This document shows positions 12,996-25,248 of a stretch of DNA of 64,000 bases, piece after piece. Under the pieces are notes generated by a model. That model made no database searches. It saw only the letters and a program-made list of their open reading frames with translations, and had not been told where the DNA came from. Numbering within the stretch: the first letter of the stretch is position 1; each line of letters begins with the position of its first letter. Origin of the DNA: Eledone cirrhosa (taxonomy: Eukaryota); assembly GCA_964016885.1 (NCBI GenBank), contig OZ024746.1:32302001-32366000 (forward strand), in the 5' to 3' direction. The translations under genes and the position numbers were made by a program.

Positions 12996-13819
12996 TTAAA
13001 TAGGTAAGATTGAAATGAAGATGGAGAAAGAAGGTAAATGGGGTGGGTAGGTGTCTCCAAAGTTGAAACATGTCAATAGTGACAATAAGTACAAGCTGCT
13101 CAGTTTCCTTCTTACTGCCATATCTCAACTGACCTGAAGAACTCTTAATCAGCTAATATCTCTGCCAACCAACCAACCAACCAGTCTGTAGTAGACAGCT
13201 GGTGGAGAAATACAGACAAATAAAGATCTCACACACACACACACACACACTACATATATCTACCCCCTCATCTTGGAATCAGGCAAATGATGGGGTGAGT
13301 GGAGCTTCAGTTGTAGAAATCCAACGCTGCCACTACCACCCCTGCAAACCCCACCACCTCACCAATAACAATATCACTACCACCACCACAACTGCAAACC
13401 CCACCCCACCAATACCAACAACATCACTACCTTAACCCCACCACTACCACAGCAACGCCACCCCCACTAATACTAACAAAAACAACACCACCACCTATAC
13501 CTATGTTATATAGCAGAACATATTACTACTAGAAGCACAAGTTGTGTAGATGCAGTGATGCTATTTTGAAAATATATCTTCTGGTGAAGGTGAAATGATA
13601 CCCTAGCCCCAAATTTCCTGGGGTGGGTGTTCATGTAGGGAGCAGAAACACAAGTGTAGCAATTATAATAAGGTTTGGGTAGATTATAGAGCAGTGCAAG
13701 AATCAGCAGAAAACCTCATGTTTAGAACAAACAAATAAAACAATGTTACTATGGTGACCAGCTAACTACCTTCACTGAGGAATTTACATTTCTGTTGCTA
13801 TTCATTCATAAATCTAGAT

Positions 13820-14415
13820 TTAACCCTTTTGATACCAAACAACCTAACCTACCCACCATAGTTCCAGGATACAAAACTGTTTGTTATAAAGTGATTATAT
13901 TTACCTAAAATCCTTCCATCATAATTTTATGTAAAAAAAAACAACCTTTTTTGTTATGTTCTAAACACCAGTTTAACCCTTTCGATATCAAACTACTTGA
14001 AACTACCCTGGTTCTATAATATAATGAAAGAGTTAAAACAACATTGTTTTAACCGTTACATTACCATATTTCTAATGAAAGACACTGCCAATTGTTTTCA
14101 AATAACTTTGAAGAAATTTAGTATAAACTTTCTAATTATCAACCTGGTGTTCGGAACTTAAAAAGTTTTACATAAAATTATGATAGGTTTTTAGATAAAA
14201 TATATACACTTTACAACAAATGTTTTCTATTATGATAGAACCATGGCTCATTTCAGGCTATTTGGTATCAAAAGGGCTTAAATGATTATATTTATCTAAA
14301 AACCAATCATTGTAATTTCATGAAAGAACTTTTTTTAAGTTATGTTCCAAACAACAGCTTTAATAAATTCATAGGCAGTGTCTTTCATTAGAAATATGGT
14401 AAAAAAGAATTAAAA
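13820..14415. mobile_element. Cluster of nested or tandem copies of the same TTAA MITE
   Basis: Repeated TTAACCCTTT(T/C)GATA(C/T)CA ends and internal CATTAGAAATATGG and TTATGTTCCAAAC blocks in both orientations. Confidence 0.7.
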
Positions 14416-14479
14416 CATTAAATATTCTTCAAATGTAATAACAAAATATTTATTTTTAAATCTATTATTTAAAATGGGA

Positions 14480-14645
14480 TTCCTCTGAAGGGTCTTTGGA
14501 GTAAGGTTACTCAGAGTGTGTAGCTTGGATATCAAAGTCACTCCAGGTAGAACTAATACTTCTCCAAATGGAGAGATCATATCTCCAATACTTTGAACAT
14601 GTGGTCAGAGTGTCTCAGGAAAGAATCACTGGAAAACATTTTAAA
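14480..14645 (+). mobile_element. RTE-clade LINE ORF2 3' fragment, decayed
   Basis: Translates to ...ELILLQMERSYLQYFEHVVRVSQERITG, resembling the RTE C-terminal LRxFGHVxRMxxxR motif. Confidence 0.6.
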
Positions 14646-14737
14646 TGAGTCATGATGATATATATCATCATCATCATATTTTAAGGTCTGCTTTCCCTGT
14701 TAGCAAGGGTTGGACTGGTCTACATAGACCAAGTCAC

Positions 14738-14774
<37 letters not shown>

Positions 14775-15285
14775 AAGAGAGAAAGAGAGAAAGAGAAAGA
14801 AAGAGAGAGAGAGAGAGAGAGAAATGGTTGAGAGTGACTTCAATGTTTTGCCTGTGACTGGCTTGTTTCATCAGAAAAAGTTAACCTTTTTTTTACAATA
14901 TTTCTAATATAACACAGTGCCTATGATTTTCAGAGTAGATTTAGTAATATAGCTAAAATGATAACCGATGAAATAGTGAGAAAGGGGTCACCTGTCAGTT
15001 GATGAAACTCACCTCATATACACCTAGTAAATAGTTATAGCAGTAACAATAGTAGTATTTAATATATGGTGGTGGTGGTGGTAGTATATCAGAAGTAATA
15101 GGAGCAGTAGTATGTCATGGGAACTGAGTGTGAGTGTGTGTATGTGTGTGTTGCAAAAGATGTGGAACTATTTATATACAATTACAGTAGATAAATATAC
15201 AGTTTTAAATCCTCAAATATCAGTTACATATATCCAGTGACTCAATACATGCACACACATACATAACATACAAACATACATACAT

Positions 15286-15333
<48 letters not shown>

Positions 15334-15904
15334 TCCTCAAATATCAGTGATGTATATCAATGACTTAATCTTTTTAATGCTCAATCCACACTAAAGAGAA
15401 ACAGAACATTTTCTAAATCTGGAATAGAATAACTAAAAGCAAGCTGTTAACTGAATCTTAATACCCTAGTATACCTAGAATCTTAATACCCTCGTATGCT
15501 GGAACCATATTATAAAACCCTACCATAGCTTCTTCAGCTCGTGAAAGAATATCTACCTAGTTATCTGACCAGACTAGAAAAACAAAATGTCATGGAATTT
15601 TATCTTGAAGGTTCCACTCTAAGGCAGAAGAAGCTATTACAAGGTGATTTGTATAAAATCAGAAGTCATCCATGCATGCAAATCTCCCCTCTCCGTGTTA
15701 CCAATGATATACAAAGGAGCAACAAAGGCTGATATAGATTAGTTCCAGTATCATCCTAGATCAACTGAGAACATAAAGGACCATAAAAAATAACACAAAA
15801 CCTCACAATATTCTAACGATTCCTCCAAACTCAAGAATTCAAAATGGCAATAAGATCTATCAAATATTTCACTGCACTACGCGTCACACTCCACTGCAAC
15901 AATA

Positions 15905-16448
15905 GGTATCTCACTGCACCATTGCAGCAATAATATCTATCAAATATCTCACTGCAGCAGACCATTGCAGCAATAATATCTATCAAATATCTCACTGCAC
16001 CAGGCCAGCAATAATATCAAATATCACACTGCATCAGTGCAGCAGCAATATCTATCAAATATCTCACTGCACCAGGCCAGCAATAATATCAAATATCACA
16101 CTGCACCAGTGCAGCAGCAATATCTATCAAATATCTCATTTCACAAGACCAGCAATAATATCAAATATCACACTGCACCAGTGCAGCAGCAATATCTATC
16201 AAATATCTCATTTCACAAGACCAGCAATAATATCAAATATCACACTGCACCAGTGCAGCAGCAATATCTATCAAATATCTCATTTCACAAGACCAGCAAT
16301 AATATCAAATATCACACTGCACCAGTGCAGCAGCAATATCTATCAAATATCTCATTTCACAAGACCAGCAATAATATCAAATATCACACTGCACCAGTGC
16401 AGCAATAATATCTATCAACTATCTCACTGCACCAGACCAGTGCAGCAG
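15905..16448. repeat. 72-bp minisatellite built from two related ~36-bp subunits
   Basis: 24-aa periodicity in ORF 16037-16408 (QQQYLSNISFHKTSNNIKYHTAPV); both halves contain CAAT(A)ATATC..CAAATATC.C. Confidence 0.92.
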
Positions 16449-17084
16449 TAGGTATATCTTTTATTCCTTGTCTTCCTTTTCCTTTTTTTCTCACAAAGTT
16501 CTGATGAAGGTCCAGTGTCTGAAATGTTAAGATGTTAAACTAATACACCATTATTCTGTTCTCTTGTATTGACACACACCCACACATAAATACACACACA
16601 CACACAACCCATACAAGCATGGAAAAACAGACATAAAAATGATGGCAATGATATATAAATATCATCACGATGTTAAACCGTGTGTGTGTGTGTGGTGTCA
16701 TCATCGTTGTGATGGTGTAACATCTTTCCCCGCTAAGTAAAATTAATTTCTATAATGATATTTGTACATAGAATTTCATTCTGTTTCATAGATATGAAAT
16801 ATTTGTAGACAACGAGGAAAGAACTTTTTTCACTGTTACCAATGAAGACAGTGGCTATAGAGCAGTGCAGACATAAAAAATAAAAAAAAAGTATGCATCT
16901 CATATGAATAATTTAATGAGCTGCACAAACATGCACCCAGTACACTCTGTAAATAGGTTGGTTTTGTAAAAAGCATCCTGTCGTAGAAACATACAAGCAA
17001 AATATGAATGGTTATCTGACTGTGTCTTGTCTTGAACCAGAATGACCTATCTAACCTCATGGAATAATAGACATATGATGGTGA

Positions 17085-17720
17085 TGATTGTGTATGTGTG
17101 CCTGAATGTGTGTGTGCCTGTGTGTGCCTGGATGTGTGTGTGCTTGTGTGTGCCTGGATGTGTGTGTGCCTGGATGATTGTGTGTGTGTGCCTTGATTGT
17201 GTGTGTGTGTGCCTTGATTGTGTGTGTGTGTGTGCCTGGATGCGTGTGTGTGCCTGGATGCGTGTGTGTGTGCCTGGATGTGTGTGTATGTGTCCGGGTG
17301 TCTCACTTTGCTGATAAAATAGATTCTGAAAATTATGCAGACTAAGGGAGAATTTAGTCATAGTTTAGCACCTCACACCACCACCAACACTACAATTACC
17401 TCCATTAACACCACCACCAACACTACAGTTACCTCCATTAACACCACCACCACTACAGTTACCTCCATTAACACCACCACCACTACAGTTACCTCCATTA
17501 CCATTACTACCACTAGTTACCAACACCATCACCACCACTAGTTACCTCCGTTACCATTACTACTACCACTAGTTACAAACACCACCACTACAGCTACCAC
17601 CAGTTAACACCACCACAACCATTACCCTCATCCCAGCTTTTACAACCACCACCACTATTACCACCACCACAACCATTACCACCACCACCATTACCACCAC
17701 CACCAACGACTACACTTACC
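17085..17720. repeat. (GT)n-CCTGGAT repeats followed by 27-33-bp ACC/ACT-rich tandem repeats
   Basis: Visible periodicity. Confidence 0.85.
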
Positions 17721-18034
17721 AACAATACCAGAAATGATGGTAGAGGGATGAGGTAGGAGGTAGATCTGGTGGTACTGGGTTCAATTAGTAGCTAATGTAG
17801 TAAGCTGACTTAAACAGTTCTCACGCCTTCAAAGGAATAGTTTCACAGGAAACTTACTTCCAAAAATAAAAATAATATAAAATAAATAAAAGCAAGAAAA
17901 AAAGAGGGGAAATGGAAGATGTAAAGAGGAAATTTTTATTGAAAATATCTGGAAATTAATAAAATTCCAAAAATATTCCAAGTAAAATATTTGTTAACTC
18001 CCAGTTATCTGAGAACATCTTAAAATGAATAGCA

Positions 18035-18575
18035 TTTCTAATAAAAGACACTGCCTACGACTTTCAAATAATTTGGAAAGACTTAGTAAAATAACTTTCT
18101 CATTTGGAACATAAAGGTTATTACATAAACTTAGGATGTAAGGTTTTGATATAAACACTTTAACCCTTTTGTTACCATATTTCTAATGAAAGACAGCCGA
18201 AATTTTCAAATAATTTTCAAAATAATCAAGAATTTGGAAAGATTTAATAAAATAACTTTCTCATTATTAAACTGGTGTTTGGAACAAACCATATAAAATT
18301 ACAATGGAAGGTTTTTTTAGATAAAAATAAAAACTTTAACCCTTTTGTTACCGTATTTCTAATGAAAAACACTGTTTATGTCTTTCAAATAGTTTTCCAA
18401 TTAATCAAGAATTTGAAATGATTTAGTAATTTAACTTTCTCATTAAGCTGGTGTTTGGAACATAACTTAAAGGTTGTTATATAAAATTATGATAGATTTG
18501 TTTTTAGAAATATAAACACTTAATAAACAATTGTGTGTCAGAGGTGGGGAGGTTTTAGGCAGTTTGTTCATAAAT
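18035..18575. mobile_element. Tandem array (about 3 units) of the TTAA MITE
   Basis: TTAACCCTTTTGTTACC recurs at ~18159 and ~18336 with the same internal sequence. Confidence 0.75.
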
Positions 18576-19008
18576 AATTCTTTAAATCATGTACACAAGT
18601 CTAATGTCAAAGTTTTAGGCAATGATGGAATTCCACAAATTTTTAACAGAAATATTTCGTGTTTTAAGAAAAAATTAAAAACAAAAAAGAAATTTAATGA
18701 AACAAAAAGAATGTTGAGAAATATTTTACAGATATTTCACAGATATGGTCAACAGATTTATCAAAGTAGGAAGTCTGACAACTATTGCACACGCTAATAT
18801 ACACTTATGTGCGTGTATACACACACAGACACACTCACACATATATAAACACATGCATATATACACGTGCACAAAACACCGTATTAAAGTAGCAGGCTGT
18901 ATATCAATGATAACAGCTTGGGGATAGGGTGAGAGTGAGAATGAGAGAGAGACAGACAGACAGAAAGACAGAGAAAAGTGAGATAAAATACAGTGCATAC
19001 ATTGATAA

Positions 19009-19050
<42 letters not shown>

Positions 19051-19096
19051 TGTGTGTGTGTGTGTGTGTGCGTGTGCGTGTGCGTGTGCGTGTGCG

Positions 19097-19159
<63 letters not shown>

Positions 19160-19299
19160 TTTCCAACACTGACTTCAGTTGAGAATAGAAATAAAACAGA
19201 AAAAAGACTTTAACAAGACTTTACTGTTAGATAATAATGAATTAGTTAAAGTTACCATTTTACATGTTTTTCCATGCTTACATAGTTTGGGCAAAGCCT

Positions 19300-19525
19300 G
19301 GAGATTATTCTGGTTTCACTGGTCTTAAGTGAGAGTGCAAGACTGACCCCTGGAGAGGACGCCAGTCTATTGCAAGGCTAACTCACAACAATTGCTAGTT
19401 CTCATTTTCAGCTGAGTGAACTGGAATGGGATATGAAGTGCTTTGCTTAAGGACACAACATATCACTCAGCGTGGGAATCAAACCAACAACCTTTGACCA
19501 TGAGCACCACACCCTAACCACAAAG
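19300..19525 (-). mobile_element. Older CORE-like SINE with a different tail
   Basis: CTCATTTTCAGCTGAGTGAACTGG...GCTTAAGGACACAAC...CCCTAACCAC. Confidence 0.6.
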
Positions 19526-19987
19526 CTATCCATTTCCTTTCATATTGATAGTTGATTAAACACAAAATGTAATTTTGTTAGCAAATATAGGGAGGAGGGG
19601 TTAATTCATTTATTTAACCCTTCAATGATTTATTGATATTTAATATTATGCTTAATAATAATGGCCCCAGGAATAATAAAAAGCACAATTTAACTTGGCA
19701 GAATCTGAAGTAAAAACATGAAACATCTGATATAAAGCAACTAGTTCCGATTTATGAATGTAGGGTATAGTGCATTAGAGAGAGAGTATGAAAGCTGGTT
19801 TTCCAAGTAACCACTATTAGATATATTTAAAATGACGGACAAACAGATAACTGTATGCTAGTTGGTCTCAAAGGAGACAAACAGATAATTGTATGCGAGT
19901 CGGTATTTGGTGTAGATATCAAATGTGGTGAATTACTAGAAACATTAGAGCATTGAATGAAATACCTCACATTATTTATTGAAACAT

Positions 19988-20160
19988 AACGGTAGAGGGT
20001 CGGACGCTATGCTTTGCAACACAGAGTTACGCCCCTTTATGATCTGAGTTCAAATCCCGCCAAGGTTAACTTTGCCTTTCATCCTTACGGGGTCGATAAA
20101 ATAAAGTACCAGTAATGCACTGGGTAATTGCTGGCCTTGTGCCAAAAGTAGTAACAATTA
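19988..20160 (+). mobile_element. SINE family B with 17-bp TSD, nested in an older B-like SINE
   Basis: ATTATTTATTGAAACAT at 19971-19987 and 20157-20173; the flanks rejoin to an old head plus TTCTGAGTTCAAATTCCAC. Confidence 0.9.
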
Positions 20161-21424
20161 TTTATTGAAACATTTTTATGTTCTGAGTTCAAATTCCACT
20201 AAGGTCAACAGTCTTTTTTTCTTTCAAGAACTAAAATACCTATCCAGTGTATCATGTATACCAATGGGCCTTATAAACCAGCACCTCATATACACTGCCA
20301 TGTCACACACATATATATTTGGTGATATAACTATCTCATTCTCAAGCTGATGTTTGGGACATAACTTAAAGGTTCTAATATAAAATTATGATGAGCCCTG
20401 ATTTTATGATTAAAAAAAGTGTTAATATTTATTATGAAGGCAGCTAATTGGCAGAGTTGTTAAAACATCAGATATTGTTTTTCAGTATTCAATTTGACTC
20501 TCCAAGTTCAAATCCTGGTGATGTCAACATTGCCTTTAATATGTTCAAGTTCAATAAAAAATAAAAAATAAATTTTAAGCGTATCAATCCTGTTCTGGGA
20601 TCATTTTTCATCTATATCTCTTGCTCACTTCCTTTCTCTCACATTCTATCCTTTTCTGGAAGAAATCTACTGTGTTCAAAAATACCCAGGAAATGCCATA
20701 TGTCAATATGGCATGCCGCCTACAACTCCACCAGAAGTTACGGGGACCAATTCATACATATTTATTATATTACCTTCCATCATAATTTAATGTAAAAACC
20801 TTTAAGTTATATTCCAAACATAAGCTTGATAATGGGAAAGTTATATTACAAAATCTATTCAAATTCCTATACAGTAGGTTACAATTAAACTATCACGTTA
20901 ATGCTTGAGGGGCTAACAGTGAGTGGGGAGGGGAAGAGGGGAGAAATTGGGCGGGATTATGTAATAAGAAAGAAACATTAACATGTGAAAAGCGATCCCT
21001 TGGTAGTAATAGACATTCTTTGATAATAACAGAAGAGAAAATCAGCTTGATAGTTATAGAAAAAAGCCAGCATGACAACAAAATGTTCTTTCTAAAAAAG
21101 AGGAAAAGAGACCAGATTATGTAACAGCAATTTGTTCAACATATACCTCAGCTGTCACTAAATCACTTGAAAAATACTTTCACTAAAACAGCCAAAAATA
21201 AAACAAAAATATATAAAGGGGATTGTCCTCCCATCACTCAATTTAAGTTTCTAAAATGAATTAAAGTAGAATGTTGGATTCCTAATTCTAAAATAAAAAC
21301 AAAAAATGTATAAAAAGAATGACAAGTTACATAACCGACAACAGGTGTTCCTTAATAGCAAAATAATTTCTTTGTAGTTTAGAATGAATAATGAAATAAA
21401 TTGAGGGAAAAGAAAAACATGATG

Positions 21425-21825
21425 TAAGTAAGGTTGTGTGGTTAGGGAGATTGCTTTACAAACACAGATTTGGGTTCACTCTCACTGCATAGCACCTTGA
21501 GCGAGTTTCTTCTCCTATAGCCTCAGTTTGACTAATACTTTGTGAGAGGATTTTGGTAAATAGAAACTGCAGAAGTCCATTATATATCTCTATATGCATG
21601 CATGTGTGTTTGTGTGTATCTGTGTGTGTGTGTGTGGAGGGGGGGGGGGGGTGCATGTGTGCATCTTTGTGTGTATGTCCCATAACTTAGTCATTCAATA
21701 AAAGCAATCAATAAAATAAGTACCAAACTTGAAAAAATACGTATCTGGGTTGATATACTTAACTAAATCAAGGCAGAGCCCCAGCATGGCCACAGTTTAA
21801 TCACTGAAGCAAATAAAATATAAAT
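21425..21825 (+). mobile_element. SINE family D, decayed, with internal (GT)n
   Basis: tRNA-like head GTGTGGTTAGG...GGGTTCA, AGAAACTGCAGAAG, 3' CCCCAGCATGGCCACAG. Confidence 0.7.
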
Positions 21826-22189
21826 AAATGTAAAAGTTTTAAGTGAAGGACCTATTACTTTGATTTAAACCACATTTTTTTATGATTGAATTGGTTAAAA
21901 TAAAGATTAAATTTACAGCTCACACCTGAGTATGTTTAGTTGGCCTCCTACGATGCTTGATTTCATATTGAAATCAATATGAAACCAAGCATCTTGCTCA
22001 AGAACACAATGTGCCACCTGGACCAGAAATCAAACCCACAACCTAATGATGATGAATCCAGCAACCTAACCACTAGGCCATGCACCAACTTAGAGCTGAA
22101 AGAAATATATAACTAGCATATGAGGATTGAGTCTGTACATAACCAACACTACTTTTGAATTGCCTTACTATGAAATGGTGACACATCGT

Positions 22190-22580
22190 GAAATGTGTGT
22201 CCTTTTCATCAACTGGGATCCTACTTGATAAGTGTAGATGCATCACAGATGCCCTGCACCTTCGTCTCTGAGTGTGAGCCACATAAATGCCAATGTGAAA
22301 CAACTGTCAGTGAGTTCAAACTACACTGGGTCTCTTACACTCCAGGACATTTTCACTCGCTATGCTGCTTTGAATAACATTTAAAAGAAGCCTTGATGTT
22401 ACTGGCTTCCCATCACAATTGGAATCTGTTGGCCTCAACCACACTGATAGTAAGCACCTAGACAGGATAAAGCTTTTCCCGTTCAAGGAAGAGAGGTAGA
22501 TCATTCATTCAGAACTGTGTCAACATATTCTCCATTGTCAACCTCATTGCTTCAACCATAAACAGAGGAGCTGCAAATGA
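22190..22580 (+). mobile_element. Decayed C-terminus of a non-LTR retrotransposon with restriction-like endonuclease (CRE/R2/NeSL-type CCHC + PD..D region)
   Basis: Frameshifted translation ...LHLRL.CEPHKCQCETTVSEFKLH...AALNNI.KEALDVTGFPSQLESVGLNHTDSKHLDRIKLFPFKE matches the remembered LRLG..CEPHxCxCG...RHAALNDIIKRAL..AGFPS.LEPVGL.R.DGKRPDG...FPF pattern. Confidence 0.7.
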
Positions 22581-22607
22581 ATAAATACCAGTCATTGATT
22601 GGTATTT

Positions 22608-22822
22608 CTTGTTTTTACTTTTTGGCACAAAGCCAACAATTTGAAGGGAAAAGGAAAGTCGGTTAAAACAATACCAGTGTGTTACTGATTCTTTATTTTA
22701 TTGAACTCGGAAGGATGAAAAAGTTGACCTCGATGGGATTAGAACTCAAAACATAGAAGTCATAACTAAATACCACAAAGCATTTTATCCGACGCTCTAC
22801 CGATTCTCCCAATCCACAGCCT
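22608..22822 (-). mobile_element. Older SINE family B copy
   Basis: TTTGGCACAAAGCC...GAAGGATGAAA...GATTAGAACTCA...CTCTACCGATTCTCCCAATCCAC. Confidence 0.75.
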
Positions 22823-23354
22823 TAGTATTTGTTAATAAAAAGAAGCCATCAAAATCTGGTGTCTCAACTATTCCACCTCATGGGACTGTCCTCAAGTGTG
22901 ATGCCCTCATATCAAATCGATGAAGGACAATGGTGAGTTGTCATGATGATGATGATAAACTGACAGATTCCATTTCACAGAGGTCATTGTTGAGACATTT
23001 GGGGTCCCCTGTCACCAAACTTAACCCTACTTCACTAATTCAGTATGAGGGCATCACACCTGAAAATAGAACCCTGTAAATGTGATATAGACAGATTTAC
23101 CAGATGTCAAAAGATGGTTATTTTTTTTTTTTTTTTTTTATTATTATTATTTTATTTTGGTTTTGCAGTGTGTGTGTGTTTGTTTTCCAGTTTATTAGAT
23201 AATTATACGGTGCAGTTGATAAGACTGAGGCCCCTATCATAGAAACACTACAAAGATACAACCTCAAAGGAGCCAGTTAAACCTATGCAAAGTGTGCACC
23301 ACAAACTTACCAAAGGTGAAAATGGACTCAGGAAGGCACAGCACTAACCTAATT

Positions 23355-23800
23355 CTCTCACACACACACACACACACAGTCATCATGCATGCACTCACAA
23401 CCACCACATGCATGAACAGCAATCACACACAGCAATCACAACCACAGACACCACACACACACACACAGCCATCACAACCACCACATGCAACCAGACACAC
23501 ACAGCTATCACACACACACACAGCCATCACGCATGCACTCACAACCACCACATGCATGAACAGCAATCACACACACAACCACCACACACACAGCCATCAC
23601 ACACACAACCATCACACACACAGCCATCACACACACAGCCATCACACACACACAGCCATCACACACACAGCCATCACACACACAGCCATCACACACACAC
23701 AGCCATCACACACACAGCCATCACACACACAGCCATCACACACACAGCCATCACACACACAACCATCACACACACAACCATCACACACATGCACACACAA
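23355..23800. repeat. (CA)n-GCCAT compound minisatellite
   Basis: ACACACAGCCATC units of about 15-17 bp. Confidence 0.9.
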
Positions 23801-25129
23801 TTTCTGTATAAATAAGATGGTTTTATTTCTCAGATTTAATATAGAATTTTATAATTCTAAAAACAATATATGGAGACAATAGCACTGATTATTAGATAAC
23901 AGATACACACATATATACATATATACATACATACATACATACATACATACACAGCCACACAAACATAATGCAACCACTTGCACAAGAAGTGTCAGTTATG
24001 GCGGCTTCCTTGTGTTATTGTTAAGAGAAAACCTTTTTGTTTACATTTCACATTGAGTTAACTGAGTGGAAGCTGACAGGTCTGGTCTCCTTGTGTCATC
24101 AAGGACAGCAGTAGCAGAAGTAGTAGTGGTGGTAGTACTAGTAGCAGTAGTGGTTGGAGTGATAGTAGCAGGAGGTGGAGGGGTAGCCATAGTAGTAGTG
24201 GGGGTAGTAGTGGTGGTAGCAGTAGCAGTGGTAGTGGTAGTAGTAGTAATATTGTTGGTGCTGCTATTATTGCTCACTCAGCAGAGGTGAAGTGCAGTGT
24301 GGTGGGGAGATGTGGTGACTGTGGTAGTAGTAGTAGTAGTAGCACCACCACCACTACTACTTTGTGGATGTGGGGTGTGACAGATATGTTGGTGGCGGTT
24401 GTGTGGGGGTGCTGTGTCTATTTCCCGTTAGGGTCGACAACAAGTGCTTAACCTGAAACTACAAACCACACCAATTACAGCCTCAAATCTTGCACTGCCG
24501 CGTGCACACAGCCACACACACACACACACACTCATACACACAACTACACTCAACCACACACATCAATAATGTTTATTACAAGTACACAACCTCTCTAAAT
24601 ACAATTATAACTGCAGGTCAATTAAAGTATTTGTTAATTGTTAATATAAAGCAATTACAGTGTGGAAGAGCCATTTTAAACACTGAAAAACATACAAAAC
24701 TGTTCAATTCACTTAAGATTTAGCTTTTTCTTCTTGGCGTCAAACTTTTCATTGTCACAGTTTATGACCTGGTCATTGACATTGTCACAGTTTATGACCT
24801 AGTCACTCACACTGTCCAACAGTGTGACCTGGTCAATGACAATTCTACTGCAATGCTTTTACAATGTAATTGCTTTCGTTTCAACACAATCTTAGATCAA
24901 TTCACTTGCCAAACATATACAACTGTGACTAAAATGACTTTTCCATGCAGTAGATGCTTTAGTTTTCCCCCTTACACACTCACCCACATTGATAAGTGTC
25001 ATTGGTGGTAATAAGACTGAGTGGAGGGGGCTAGCATTAAAACACTCAAGACAGCTTCCACGAGATGCCACCTTGTGGGAGGCCAGTCAAACCAACACAG
25101 ATGTGAGTCACAACAACAAAGTTTAAACC

Positions 25130-25215
25130 AATGACATCCAAAACCAACCAAGGATAGACCCCAAGCAAGATGGTTAGATAACATCTATGAGCTGAGCTGG
25201 TCTCATTATGGATGA
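25130..25215 (+). mobile_element. Short RTE LINE 3' remnant directly upstream of the 30-bp array
   Basis: Reads ...KDRPQARWLDNIYELSWSH, like RTE GRPRTRWLDNI...SWS. Confidence 0.5.
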
Positions 25216-25248
25216 GGAGCCATACTCTTGTTAGACTACAATACGCAG

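Noticed and set aside
16037-16408. 24-aa repeat protein
   Set aside because: 72-bp minisatellite with a GTG start and no flanking coding context.
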